Below, in pieces: positions 44,708-55,176 of a stretch of 64,000 nucleotides of DNA. The position numbers and the translations under genes were made by a program. Under the pieces are notes generated by a model. The model saw only the letters and a list, made by a program, of their open reading frames with translations, was not told where the DNA came from and ran no database searches. How positions within the stretch are numbered: position 1 is the stretch's first letter; each line of letters starts with the position of its first letter. This stretch comes from a virus. The DNA lies in IMG/VR virus record IMGVR_UViG_3300027763_000037, positions 1-64,000 of that record; one strand, 5' to 3'.

Positions 44708-45652
44708 TTAGTTTAGCATAAGTGATATGGAGTTGTCAAATCGAAACTCTAAGTTTTTTATTGATTCATCATCCATATCACCTATGTCTTTATATTTGCT
44801 ATTAAGTTGTATAACGGAAACACGAGATCCAAGTTTTTCAATTATCCTGTCTTTCATATTTCCTCCTGCTTCATCGTTATCAGCAACAACAATAATGTTA
44901 TTGAAATACTTCTGAAGCAATTCTATTTGTGAGTTTGATACGTTAGCGCCAAGGGTAGCAACGGCTGGTAGACCAACTTGGTCAAGCCTCATAACATCAA
45001 AAGATGATTCTACCACATAGACTCTATCTGCTGTCTTGACTCTGTGTAGATTAAATAATGTTTTTGATTTTGGAAGTCCTGGAGTATTCTTAAATTCTTT
45101 GCCTTCGATTGATCTGCCAACAAAACCTAAAGGAATTCCATCTGGGCTATGTACTGGAACAGTTACCATGTCTTGCTTTTCTGAATATCCTAATGAGAAC
45201 TTTATGCAAGAAGGCTTTTCAATTTTTCTATATGTGAAATAGTTCCTTGCTCTTTCTGAGGCAACAAGATTATTGTGCAGTCTTTTAATAATTAACTCAT
45301 CAAATGTTTTGTACTGCTCTTCTTTTATAAGAGCCTTGTCGATCTCTGTAGTAATATTTGTTAATTTTTCTTTGCTCTTAATAAATCTAGCAGACTCAAA
45401 ATAAGTTCTACCAGAGGTATGCATTACAAGTTCAATCAGGTCTGCAGATTTTTGGCAAGAAAAACAAAAAAACATTCCGCTATCTTTTTGAACCTCTCCT
45501 GCTGGTGTTCTATGGTTATTATGAAATGGACAAAATATTATAAAGTCTGCATCAAGTTCTGACTCAACGTCTATACCAGATCCTGCGAGAACTCTTCTAA
45601 CTTGTTCTTTACTGTATAAATCGCCTTTGATCCGTCTATTCCTTCTATCCAT
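44708..45652 (-). CDS. dnaG: DNA primase (DnaG-like)
   Basis: CPFH...CFSC Zn finger, F.GR, TOPRIM VVES..D, DNDEAG. Confidence 0.92.
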   Translation of the reverse strand: MDRRNRRIKGDLYSKEQVRRVLAGSGIDVESELDADFIIFCPFHNNHRTPAGEVQKDSGMFFCFSCQKSADLIELVMHTSGRTYFESARFIKSKEKLTNITTEIDKALIKEEQYKTFDELIIKRLHNNLVASERARNYFTYRKIEKPSCIKFSLGYSEKQDMVTVPVHSPDGIPLGFVGRSIEGKEFKNTPGLPKSKTLFNLHRVKTADRVYVVESSFDVMRLDQVGLPAVATLGANVSNSQIELLQKYFNNIIVVADNDEAGGNMKDRIIEKLGSRVSVIQLNSKYKDIGDMDDESIKNLEFRFDNSISLMLN

Positions 45653-45897
45653 TCGCTTTGTCTTCTTCCCGTATATACTCCGTGTATTGATATCTCAAAT
45701 TCAAAATACTTCTTGTTCTCATTATAGTCTATCGTAAAATCTATGTCTATGTCAAGTCTTGGCACATATCCACTAAGTCTCATTTCTGAGATGATTAGTC
45801 TTTTGTACTCAGCCCTAAGTCTTCCTATGGCTGATTCATCATGGATGATTCCACTAAGGTTAAACCTTTTAATCGCCTTGTGATGATAATTTGACAT
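45571..45897 (-). CDS. Hypothetical protein
   Basis: ORF track; MR..GYVP.LDID. Confidence 0.65.
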   Translation of the reverse strand: MSNYHHKAIKRFNLSGIIHDESAIGRLRAEYKRLIISEMRLSGYVPRLDIDIDFTIDYNENKKYFEFEISIHGVYTGRRQSEWIEGIDGSKAIYTVKNKLEEFSQDLV

Positions 45898-45909
45898 ATC
45901 ATATTATAA

Positions 45910-47130
45910 CTACTTATCTTCAAAATCTTTATACCTATAATATCCTTTGTCAAAATCACACTGTACAAGGAAGTCTCCCATAAAGCCGTTACGATTCTTT
46001 CTAAAAGCGCATTCAATAATATCACTATTATTACCACGGCCAAGAGCAAGGACCCAGTCAGCATCATAAGCAATCTGTCTAGACCAAGCAGTCTGTCCAA
46101 GAGTAGGGACTGTTGAAAGATCATTTACGTCATCTGGGGTTGCAGAAGAGATAGCAATGATAGGTACCTCTTCACCAATAGCCATAAGTTTAAGTTCTCT
46201 TGAAAGGTTTTTCATTCGTACCGTTTCATTATCTGACTTCTGATTGGGGGCCATCAACTGAAGGTAGTCAACGATTACAAAGTCTGGTTTGTATTGATCA
46301 ATTTTTCCACGAAGAACGGAAGGGTTGATTTCTCCACCTTGGTCATTAGAGATAATGTGAAATTCTGGTTTGCCCTGGAGGTGCTTTGCATGCCATTCTT
46401 TCAGCATATCCATTTCAATCTCGCCATTACTTAATTTTCTATGAGACCAACGGCCCTCACCCATAATAGTAAAGACACGATTGCGGACTTCTGTTTCGCT
46501 CATTTCAAGGCTTATGACCAGTGGGCTACGACCCTGTTTCCAGGCCTGTACAGCGAAATAGAGAGCCAACCAAGACTTTCCGATACCTGGGTATGCCAAG
46601 AAGACTCCTAACTGCCCTGGCATGATTCCAGAGGGGAGGTAGTTATCAAATCCTGGTAGGCCAGTCTTGATACCAATGTGACCTAGTTCTTGCTGCTTCT
46701 TGACATTTTCAAAATAGGCAATCGCAGACTCTAAGTCTGTTACATCAATATCACGAATAGCAGAAGTATTTTTCTTTAACTCTGATGTCTGTGTAATTAG
46801 ATCATTAAGAGCAACTGTACCTTGACCATTTTGAACATTTCCTGCTGCTGATCTTAAAATATCTTTTAGGCTATCTGTTAAGTACTCTCCTTGCAACTCT
46901 TCAAGATGGTGCTTAGTTGCTCCAATGTTTGCTACAGGTGAAAAGTCTCTAAACTTTTCTGTAACAAGTTCTGCTGGTGGCAGGGTTGAGTTATTTTCAA
47001 AATAAAGTCGTATGAAATTCCAAATGTCTCCGTGAGTTCTTAGAAGGTTATCCACGTTTGCTTGTAGAAGTACATGGATTTGTTTATCCTGAAGAACTGC
47101 TGTTATAAGTTTAGCCTCTGTATTATTCAC
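45910..47130 (-). CDS. dnaB: Replicative helicase (DnaB-like)
   Basis: PGIGKS, SLEM, IVDYLQLM, SRELK, DAD, KNR.G. Confidence 0.93.
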   Translation of the reverse strand: MNNTEAKLITAVLQDKQIHVLLQANVDNLLRTHGDIWNFIRLYFENNSTLPPAELVTEKFRDFSPVANIGATKHHLEELQGEYLTDSLKDILRSAAGNVQNGQGTVALNDLITQTSELKKNTSAIRDIDVTDLESAIAYFENVKKQQELGHIGIKTGLPGFDNYLPSGIMPGQLGVFLAYPGIGKSWLALYFAVQAWKQGRSPLVISLEMSETEVRNRVFTIMGEGRWSHRKLSNGEIEMDMLKEWHAKHLQGKPEFHIISNDQGGEINPSVLRGKIDQYKPDFVIVDYLQLMAPNQKSDNETVRMKNLSRELKLMAIGEEVPIIAISSATPDDVNDLSTVPTLGQTAWSRQIAYDADWVLALGRGNNSDIIECAFRKNRNGFMGDFLVQCDFDKGYYRYKDFEDK

Positions 47131-47431
47131 TTAGCCACTCCTTTGCCATTCTTCTACGCTCTGCTCTCTCGTTGTCGTCTCTACTTTTATCTTTTTGTGC
47201 TTGTAAAATCTTTTCTGCGTTATATGCAAAGTAATTCCAAGAAGGATTCTCTGCAACTTTAAAGTAATACTCAAGTATATCGTAACATCCTGAAATTCCA
47301 TAGGATTCAACTAAGGCATCTGAAGCCCATTGTTCTACGTTTAGATTAAGAGATGGCTTTGATTCGTACCTTGCGGTATGATACTTGCTGTATCTTGAAA
47401 GCAAAGCCATGCGGTCTTTGCGTTCTGCCAT
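47123..47431 (-). CDS. Hypothetical protein (possible helicase loader)
   Basis: Directly upstream of dnaB. Confidence 0.6.
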   Translation of the reverse strand: MAERKDRMALLSRYSKYHTARYESKPSLNLNVEQWASDALVESYGISGCYDILEYYFKVAENPSWNYFAYNAEKILQAQKDKSRDDNERAERRRMAKEWLSE

Positions 47432-47637
47432 TACTTTTCGTCAGCCTCCGCTTGGGCTTCAACAATCTTTGCAGTTAGTTTGTCTTCAACAAACTTGTAA
47501 ACTCTTTCAAAAGCCTGATCTGTATTTTCTCCATCACGCTTGCTATCGATGATTCCAAGATCCAGCCTTAAAGACTGAAAATTTCCAAGATTTAATGTAT
47601 ACCCCAGCGTTACTGATACTTTCGTTTCTTCTGCCAT
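47431..47637 (-). CDS. Small conserved-looking phage protein
   Basis: V.VTLGYTLNLGNFQSLRLD; SD GGAGGG before ATG 47637. Confidence 0.7.
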   Translation of the reverse strand: MAEETKVSVTLGYTLNLGNFQSLRLDLGIIDSKRDGENTDQAFERVYKFVEDKLTAKIVEAQAEADEK

Positions 47638-47653
47638 TACCCCTCCAAGGGAC

Positions 47654-48199
47654 TTAGTTAATAGATTCATTCCAAATTGGAATGTATCGTCCATCTTCTG
47701 TTCTCGTATATGTAAGTATACCATCGCCCATTCTACGTGTCAACTCTGCTTTTGTAGGCGTAATATCATTTGTTATTAAATTATCTTTTCTTGGTCTTCC
47801 AATATGATGTGTAGCAAGTATATCACGTATCTCTCTTACTTGCGATTCTGAATAGTATGATCTTACTTGCCACCCTCTATCCCCGCCCTTTTGAGATCCC
47901 GTTGGAAATGGAATGACTCCTCGTTTCATTAATGATGGCATATATTTTTTATGACGATTAACTAAATCAGCAGTCTGCCCTACTGTATATGCTCTTTCTC
48001 TTTTATTTTTAAAATCACTAATTAAACAACTTTCAATTTGATCTTTAGTAATATTATAAACAGACATAATGCCATTAGATTGATTATAATGATGTACCCG
48101 AACAAGGCATTTGTTTAAAAACCATACCTTTTTACTTCCAGGTATTACAGGGAGGAGATTGTACCCTTCGCTCTGAGTTGTTCCTTTTTTAGTAGCCAT
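47654..48199 (-). CDS. MerR-like HTH DNA-binding protein
   Basis: YTVGQTADLVNRH...G.IP.P...R.YYSE. Confidence 0.65.
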   Translation of the reverse strand: MATKKGTTQSEGYNLLPVIPGSKKVWFLNKCLVRVHHYNQSNGIMSVYNITKDQIESCLISDFKNKRERAYTVGQTADLVNRHKKYMPSLMKRGVIPFPTGSQKGGDRGWQVRSYYSESQVREIRDILATHHIGRPRKDNLITNDITPTKAELTRRMGDGILTYTRTEDGRYIPIWNESIN

Positions 48200-48336
48200 T
48201 GCCCCTCTTTAGAATTTTGTGGAGGATTAAAAAACTTTCTATTACCACATAGAACGCAATATACCTCAAGATGATTAATTGCACTATATATCCTATCAAT
48301 AAACATTCTTCCAGAACATTTGTTACATTTGATCAT
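48145..48336 (-). CDS. Zinc-ribbon protein
   Basis: C.KC.GRM..D...C..CG. Confidence 0.7.
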   Translation of the reverse strand: MIKCNKCSGRMFIDRIYSAINHLEVYCVLCGNRKFFNPPQNSKEGQWLLKKEQLRAKGTISSL

Positions 48337-48773
48337 TATGACGGAATGCCAACTGCTATTATATTAATTCCAACCGATACTTCTCCTGCTGAGTTAAACT
48401 TTACAACACCCTCTACGCCTGTAGTAGTTATTGCTTTAATTACAACCGTAACATTTTTGCCAGCGGTTGTATCTTTAATTGTTACTGGTGTTGCAGTTAC
48501 AATTGGTGCATAAGCAAAACCAACTCCAAATGGATATGTCCATGACTTTTCTTCGCCTGCAATGATTGAAGTAGAACTAACGATTTCTTTATACCCTCCA
48601 ACAATACGGGCTTCTGAGGTTTTTCTACTTTGAGGCCCCGCTGTTGTTGTATCTACAGTGACATATTTGTTTGCTGATGTTGAGGCACTTTTTTGCAACT
48701 GAATAATTGCCTGAGCCATATCATAAATATATGCAACGTCTAATGGCTGTCCTTTATCTGGAACTGATATCAT
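48336..48773 (-). CDS. Putative tail/fibre-associated protein (H-type lectin-like)
   Basis: F...F.YAPIVTAT...IIAVG; end of tail block. Confidence 0.55.
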   Translation of the reverse strand: MISVPDKGQPLDVAYIYDMAQAIIQLQKSASTSANKYVTVDTTTAGPQSRKTSEARIVGGYKEIVSSTSIIAGEEKSWTYPFGVGFAYAPIVTATPVTIKDTTAGKNVTVVIKAITTTGVEGVVKFNSAGEVSVGINIIAVGIPS

Positions 48774-48780
48774 AATATAA

Positions 48781-49257
48781 TTATACCAGACTCAAAGGAG
48801 TTGTGGACTCAAAGAGAGTTGCTGAAGGATATCTTGTTTTTGGAAAACTTGATGCCTGGATTGCAAGCATTACGCTTGTTTTTCCAGTATCTGGTATTGC
48901 TCTAAATTCATTCCCAAAAACAGATCTTACAAATTTCCATCCAGTCTCTCCATTATATTTTAAATATATGTCAAATGTTTCAATTCCATTAATATCTTTT
49001 GACCAAACTGCAGATATTGTTTTTTGTTGAACAGGGTCTGATGGAATTTGCGCTGTAAAAGAAACATTAAGACCAATCACTGTATTAGTAATAGGATCTT
49101 TTTTTAGATTTACTGGAATATTGTATACTGGAGACCAGTGAGAAACTCTATTATTATCATCAGTAATTATTCTATATTTTACTTTGTAGGATCCTGATGC
49201 TCCTGCAAAATTTGTTAATTGGGCTTTTGGAATTATAACTTTTTTAATTTCTGCCAT
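48781..49257 (-). CDS. Putative minor tail protein
   Basis: YRI..DD.NR.SHWSP; in tail operon. Confidence 0.6.
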   Translation of the reverse strand: MAEIKKVIIPKAQLTNFAGASGSYKVKYRIITDDNNRVSHWSPVYNIPVNLKKDPITNTVIGLNVSFTAQIPSDPVQQKTISAVWSKDINGIETFDIYLKYNGETGWKFVRSVFGNEFRAIPDTGKTSVMLAIQASSFPKTRYPSATLFESTTPLSLV

Positions 49258-50369
49258 TATTGTATTCCAAGTCCAAATCTAAACTCAATATAATTAGTTG
49301 TATTTGGTGATTTTATTATCGGAAGAGATCCTGCATTTTTAATTACAGAGTACCCTGTCATTCCGTATATAGGATTTGCTGTACTTGTATTTTCAATTCT
49401 AACACCATCAAGACAGACATAATGGTTTGCGCTCACACTGGTATTTTTAAGAACAGATGCATACACTCTGACAGTATCAGCCATAGACCAAGACCACCCA
49501 GCGCTTCTTATTGCTGAGGAAAGCGAACCAGTAAATACTCTATATCTACTTCCAGAAAAAGAGGCATTGTCTAGAATCTGAACTTGAGCAGATTTACCAG
49601 AGTTAACGCCAGTTGTACATAAAAACTCTACAATTATTTTTACTGATGTAGGATTATCCTCAGTATCATCTCCAACTTTATTTATGACAGAATACGCAAC
49701 TTTAATAAGATCGGATTGAGAATAATTGTCAAGGTTTAGAGATGTATTAGATAGTTTAACATAGTCTGATGTATTAGATGTACCCCATTTTGTTTGAGCA
49801 GTAGATATCTCAGAAGAGTCTCCACGAAGTGCAATAAAAGAATTTAAATATCTACATGTTTCTTTTCTTGCAACACGTTTCTCAGTAACAAACACTTTGT
49901 TATCTGCATTTGTTCTAAAAACTTTGGAAGTTGTTGATATTATATTGTCTCCATCGTCTCCATCTAAAGGTTCTGGAATGTAAGGAATTGCAGAAGTGTT
50001 TCCAGAGTATTCCCAGTTTTCAGAGAATGTATAGAGAATCTTACTATCGTATGCTCCTGCAGTTGTATTTGCTCCAGCAGAGAATACTCCAACCTCTGTT
50101 ATTTCATATCTTTCTTCTGTTGGGAGTTCTGCTGTAAACACAATTTTTGAAACTCCGTTTTCAGAGACATACCCTCTTGACGTTATGGGAACACGAAGCA
50201 TTTCAAAATCTAGTCTTTCTTTTGCAGCAAAGGCTGTTGCATAGTCAGACAAATTAGCAGAAGCGCCTAATGGTGTTGGGCCACATCCAATAGCAATGTG
50301 TGATGCATAGGCAGAAGCCTGGCCAATCAAATACTTGGCTATAATGTTTTTACCGTTTGTAGTTATCAT
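49257..50369 (-). CDS. Minor tail/baseplate protein
   Basis: MIT..GK..IAKYL.G...IAIG.G...EITEVGVF tail-collar-like N-terminus. Confidence 0.7.
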   Translation of the reverse strand: MITTNGKNIIAKYLIGQASAYASHIAIGCGPTPLGASANLSDYATAFAAKERLDFEMLRVPITSRGYVSENGVSKIVFTAELPTEERYEITEVGVFSAGANTTAGAYDSKILYTFSENWEYSGNTSAIPYIPEPLDGDDGDNIISTTSKVFRTNADNKVFVTEKRVARKETCRYLNSFIALRGDSSEISTAQTKWGTSNTSDYVKLSNTSLNLDNYSQSDLIKVAYSVINKVGDDTEDNPTSVKIIVEFLCTTGVNSGKSAQVQILDNASFSGSRYRVFTGSLSSAIRSAGWSWSMADTVRVYASVLKNTSVSANHYVCLDGVRIENTSTANPIYGMTGYSVIKNAGSLPIIKSPNTTNYIEFRFGLGIQ

Positions 50370-50863
50370 ATTTCATCCACCTTATATATTGTACCATTAT
50401 ACTGACTTCCTTTTGTCTGAATATTAACCTGTACTAACTCGTTTGGTTCCATGTTTATTACGTTGATTACCAAGTCTCCTGTTTCTGGATCAAGGTAAAC
50501 TATTTCTTTATTAGGCCCTGTTCCCTCAGAAGGAACATGAGCATCTAATTTAATAGGAAAGTTATCAAAAAACTCTTTTGAAGTATCTTGTAGTCCTAAG
50601 ATTCTTTGTGGACTGTACTGATAAGCAAGCATTGTAATATTTTTTATTGGTCTATACAAAACGTCTTGACCATTAATAATGTCAGATCTTGTAATAGTTA
50701 TTATTTCTTGTCCACCAATGTCTTCAAAGATTAGGTCTGTCATTATCTCAATTGGAACAAGTTCAGAACTTTGAATAATTAAATTAGGAGTCGCAACCTT
50801 GATGTTTTCTTTGGCAGCAACAGTAGACACTGATGCTGGTATGGATGCTACTGGATCTACCAT
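50366..50863 (-). CDS. Putative minor tail protein
   Basis: Position in tail operon. Confidence 0.6.
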   Translation of the reverse strand: MVDPVASIPASVSTVAAKENIKVATPNLIIQSSELVPIEIMTDLIFEDIGGQEIITITRSDIINGQDVLYRPIKNITMLAYQYSPQRILGLQDTSKEFFDNFPIKLDAHVPSEGTGPNKEIVYLDPETGDLVINVINMEPNELVQVNIQTKGSQYNGTIYKVDEI

Positions 50864-53800
50864 TACACTACCTCACTTAGATAAATTTCCATACTCGGTC
50901 CTTCTGCAGACTTTGAATATGAAATACTATATACAACAAATTTTTTACCATTAGTTCCAGAATAATCCAAATCTCCCTCATAATAATCAACCTCAGCAAT
51001 GTCTCCTAATTGAATTGTAGGATTAGCAAAAATCTTTAGACCGATAGACTTTCTTGGTTTAATAATCTTTTGTGTTAACCAAGACATAAGATAGTTTGCT
51101 TCATCTTTTGATTGAATATATGGAGTGTCAAGGCTAAAATCTTTTTTACCATGAGTCATTCTACTAATCTTAATTTCTTCATACTCTCTTAAAACTTTAT
51201 TTGGATATGAAACTAGGGTATCTCCAGAATATTGTGGCTTAGAAAAATCACTATTCTTTGAATAATATTCATCAACACTTATAGACTCATCTGTTTCTTG
51301 GGTAAATGTAACGCCCTGAATTCTTAAATAGTTTCCAGATGCCGCATCAAGAGTGATTGCCTTATCTGTTGCATTAAAGATTATAAACTCTGCACCATAT
51401 GCACCTGCTCTAAACCCAGATACTGCGTATCCCTTTATAGAGTTAAATGTTGGAGATAACTGTGCATAGATTGCTGGATATGCTTTTTCGTATTTAATCT
51501 TAAATACTGATGCCTCTCTCATTATTGTGCCAAACTCTTCAAAATATAAATTGCTTTGAGGCGGTTCATAAGAACTTATACCAGTTAGATATGTAGACTG
51601 TATGATTCCACTCATTGCATACTTTCTCATAGACTCGCTGGCATTGACTTCGCTATCTTCATCAAATACCGTCGCTGTTGGAGTGTTTAAGATATACTTA
51701 CTATTTTGCCCATAGTTAGCACCAATAGCATAAATATTTTCAAACATAACACGAGAAGATCCTCTGGTAAAAAGAGCCATATTATTAAACACTGGCAAAG
51801 GATCTTTGTCTATTACACTTGCAACAAATTGATTGTTTAGATAAATATAAAATTTTCTTTCATTTCCAATATTTTCGTATTCTATAGATATGTCATATAC
51901 TGTTGGAGTTTTTTCTGCTGCCATGCGGTATTGACCAGTAAACTTGCCATCATCAACAACAATGTTTGCAAGTCCAGCATATAGTTTTTCTGGAATTGCT
52001 GCTGAAGATGCTGAGTCTTTCTTAACCTTATAAAAAATAACATTGTTAACATCTTGAGACTTTGTTTTATCAATTGTAGTTTTTCCAAGTGCTATAAGTT
52101 CCAGAAAATATCCATTGTTTGTTTCTGGATTAACCATTATGCCAAGTCCACCTGATCCACCCACAATATTAACATCTTTGTCTGGAGTTGTTCCAGGAAT
52201 TAAATAATAAGATGTTGCTCCAACTGCTGTTTGTCCACGATCAGCATTGTTCTCTATCTTTCCAACTATTCTCATTCTAGTTCCAAAATGCGTAAACTTA
52301 TTTGTCATTGGCTTATAAACATAAGATATGAAATCAAGAGGTGCTTCTGATGTTTTAAATGATGGTCCAGCCATGATCAATGCTGAAGACTGAATTGTTC
52401 CAGTGCTTGTTGATTGCATGTTTGCAACATCTGCTTCTTTGTAATACTGTGTTGAAAGAAAGTTTTTTATTACACCATTTCTTGTTGTATTTTTTGCTAA
52501 ATCAGGTGTGACACCTGCTGCGCCTACTTCTGTTTCTGGTGCTGTTAGACCTGATTGAAACAGATACTTGGATTGCATAGTGCATCCTCTTACATTGTTA
52601 TTATCTGACCAATAAGGAGATAGGCCTGCAAAGTGTGAAGTAATTGTTGTATTGAACTGTCCTCTTCCATGCTTTGCTACAGGACCATTTTGTAAATATT
52701 CTTTTCCATTTAACTCAATATAGTTTGGCTCTGCATATATTCTAACTAATCCTGTTGGGAATATTGATCCACCAAACTTAAGTTTAGAAAAATAATTTTG
52801 ATATTCCTGAACATTAGTTATCCAAACATTTCCATATCCAGATACGGAAAATTCAACAGCATCAAACTTGATGACTTCTCCATTTGAATAAAAATATCCA
52901 TTATATCTTGCAAGCCAATATATTCCTTCGCCAAAGTTCATTGTGTTATTAACAACTTTATTTCCAGCAACATATGGAATAGCATCTGTTAAATTTGAGT
53001 TTAACGGAATTGCGCTTAGAACATAATCAGACATTTCTGAAACTTGATTGTTTACAGACTTTGTTGTCTCTGTTCCAGAAACCTCCCAGAGAAGTACTGG
53101 TTTATAAACCCAGGTCTTTTCATTATCAACAAGGCTTGCTTGTTTAATACTTCCAAATGTTTTTTGAATATATCTAGATGTAAAGTTAATCTTTCCATCA
53201 TTATAGACCTGATTATCTTCTGATGTTATCTCAATAATATTTGATAGTGCAGTAGAAGTAGACATATTCTTAATTCCATTATTTTCAATAAGATCATTTG
53301 TTCCTAAGAACTTTACATCTGTTGCTCTTTCATTATTAGAAGGCATAAAATAATTTTTGCTCATCATTACAAAGTTGTTATATTCATCAAAGAACATTGC
53401 TGTTTGTGTTGATATTGCTATGTCTTGCAAAACTTCTGCAATTGTCTTGTTCGAGTTAGAAAAGAAAAATGGAATAACTGACTCAGTCTCGCCAGGTAGC
53501 CTTTTAAATACGTAGTTTGAAAAACCAGCATAGTCTAATAGCATGCACACGGCAGTGCTGACTGATACATTTGGAAGAAGAAGTTCTGGTGCTGTAACTG
53601 ATTCAAAATAAAAAAACATATCTCTTAACGATAAAGAAACAGTTCTTTCGGAAATATTGTTTGTTGGGAATCCCTCAGAGTACATTGTCTTTAATGGAAC
53701 AAAATAATCGTATCCATCAACATCAACAGTAATGTCATAAAATTTAATCTGTATATTCCTTGTTATATATTTACTAATAATACTCTTAAGATTGTTTGGG

Positions 53801-55176
53801 TTAAATGCAGAATCATGGTCAAACATATTTAGAGTTCCAGTTGAAGCAAGCAGTTGGCCCACTGGTAAACCACTTATGCCTAAATCTGATGCTGACTTTG
53901 CAATAGAAAAATCTAATGTTTTGTCTGAAAGATTTACACAAAGTCTTGGAGATATTTCAATTAAGTCAAAAGATGCTTGCGGAGTATTCATAGACTCGAT
54001 GACTATTCTTATTCCTTTAATATAGTCAAACTCACGATACCTATTTCTAAGATTTACTTGATCATAAAATTTTACTGGGTCTGTAAGGTCTGTCACAAAG
54101 TTAGTCACACGGTCAATAGTTTCTTCTTCTAACTGCCAAGCGTACTCTGGTTTGAAGGTTGCATATTGCCCACCATTAAGCCCTCCCTGTTGCCATATAT
54201 AAAATGTTCCTACTTCTGTACTTGATGGCTGGATCAAGTAAGCATATCCATGTATATTTTTTTCTGGTAAAAATGATGCGTCTGAATAAGTCTCTGCAAA
54301 GATAAAGGATGATCTGTATGAGTCTGGAATCTTAAGGCCGTAGGACAGTTCTACATATCCATCATGTTTTATTACTGCTGTTCCATCTCTTCTTGTTGTT
54401 CCTTCATTAAATGAATACAAGTCTGTCCAGGTTCCATTTTGAAGCCCCTGAATTTTCCATCTTTTTGGAGTCTTGCTTTTTGAATCTCCGTAAAATGGAT
54501 CTGAAAATGTTGAGTCATTTGAAGAAAAAGTTCCAAGATCAACATTTCCAACATGTGTTTGCATTTTTACTACAACTCTATTTGCTGGCACATCTTCTTT
54601 ATATACAATAAATGGGCAAGCATCTTCAATAGGATAGGCTGAGTCTATTGTAGAAGATGATATTCCATATTCTACACCATCTTCTGTTCTGTATGAAGAC
54701 CAGTATTTAAATAGGTCATCTTTGTGGCCCATATAGTATCTTGGTCTTCTTGCCATATCTATATTAGAATGATGTAAATATTTGCCACGAAGAAATAAAG
54801 ATTTGTTAATTCCAGACCTAGGTCTAAATTTTGAGAAACAATCTTCTAATGAATAAAGCATTCCAATTTTTTCTTTTTTTGTAGAAAGGGTAAAAGGATT
54901 TTCTGAATCATCAAACCCTCCGTCAATTACAACATCTGCATCAGTTGCATTTGTATAATATTTTACTGCAGAAGAAGAGGTTCCAGAATCGTATGGATCA
55001 TAAGATCCTGGTAAATTTTTATATGGAGAATTTTCTTGCTTTGGTCTATATCGATAATTTCCAATTCTTGAAATATTTTCTGGAATATTCATATTCCATT
55101 CAGCAATGATTGCAGACTGTGTTCTTATTACAGAAGACTCTTGAAGATGTTTCTGCAGTTCTGGATTTTCAAACAT
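50863..55176 (-). CDS. Large minor tail/baseplate hub protein
   Basis: 1437 aa, second gene after TMP; C-terminal NP.IQLGD hub-like motif. Confidence 0.75.
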   Translation of the reverse strand: MFENPELQKHLQESSVIRTQSAIIAEWNMNIPENISRIGNYRYRPKQENSPYKNLPGSYDPYDSGTSSSAVKYYTNATDADVVIDGGFDDSENPFTLSTKKEKIGMLYSLEDCFSKFRPRSGINKSLFLRGKYLHHSNIDMARRPRYYMGHKDDLFKYWSSYRTEDGVEYGISSSTIDSAYPIEDACPFIVYKEDVPANRVVVKMQTHVGNVDLGTFSSNDSTFSDPFYGDSKSKTPKRWKIQGLQNGTWTDLYSFNEGTTRRDGTAVIKHDGYVELSYGLKIPDSYRSSFIFAETYSDASFLPEKNIHGYAYLIQPSSTEVGTFYIWQQGGLNGGQYATFKPEYAWQLEEETIDRVTNFVTDLTDPVKFYDQVNLRNRYREFDYIKGIRIVIESMNTPQASFDLIEISPRLCVNLSDKTLDFSIAKSASDLGISGLPVGQLLASTGTLNMFDHDSAFNPNNLKSIISKYITRNIQIKFYDITVDVDGYDYFVPLKTMYSEGFPTNNISERTVSLSLRDMFFYFESVTAPELLLPNVSVSTAVCMLLDYAGFSNYVFKRLPGETESVIPFFFSNSNKTIAEVLQDIAISTQTAMFFDEYNNFVMMSKNYFMPSNNERATDVKFLGTNDLIENNGIKNMSTSTALSNIIEITSEDNQVYNDGKINFTSRYIQKTFGSIKQASLVDNEKTWVYKPVLLWEVSGTETTKSVNNQVSEMSDYVLSAIPLNSNLTDAIPYVAGNKVVNNTMNFGEGIYWLARYNGYFYSNGEVIKFDAVEFSVSGYGNVWITNVQEYQNYFSKLKFGGSIFPTGLVRIYAEPNYIELNGKEYLQNGPVAKHGRGQFNTTITSHFAGLSPYWSDNNNVRGCTMQSKYLFQSGLTAPETEVGAAGVTPDLAKNTTRNGVIKNFLSTQYYKEADVANMQSTSTGTIQSSALIMAGPSFKTSEAPLDFISYVYKPMTNKFTHFGTRMRIVGKIENNADRGQTAVGATSYYLIPGTTPDKDVNIVGGSGGLGIMVNPETNNGYFLELIALGKTTIDKTKSQDVNNVIFYKVKKDSASSAAIPEKLYAGLANIVVDDGKFTGQYRMAAEKTPTVYDISIEYENIGNERKFYIYLNNQFVASVIDKDPLPVFNNMALFTRGSSRVMFENIYAIGANYGQNSKYILNTPTATVFDEDSEVNASESMRKYAMSGIIQSTYLTGISSYEPPQSNLYFEEFGTIMREASVFKIKYEKAYPAIYAQLSPTFNSIKGYAVSGFRAGAYGAEFIIFNATDKAITLDAASGNYLRIQGVTFTQETDESISVDEYYSKNSDFSKPQYSGDTLVSYPNKVLREYEEIKISRMTHGKKDFSLDTPYIQSKDEANYLMSWLTQKIIKPRKSIGLKIFANPTIQLGDIAEVDYYEGDLDYSGTNGKKFVVYSISYSKSAEGPSMEIYLSEVV

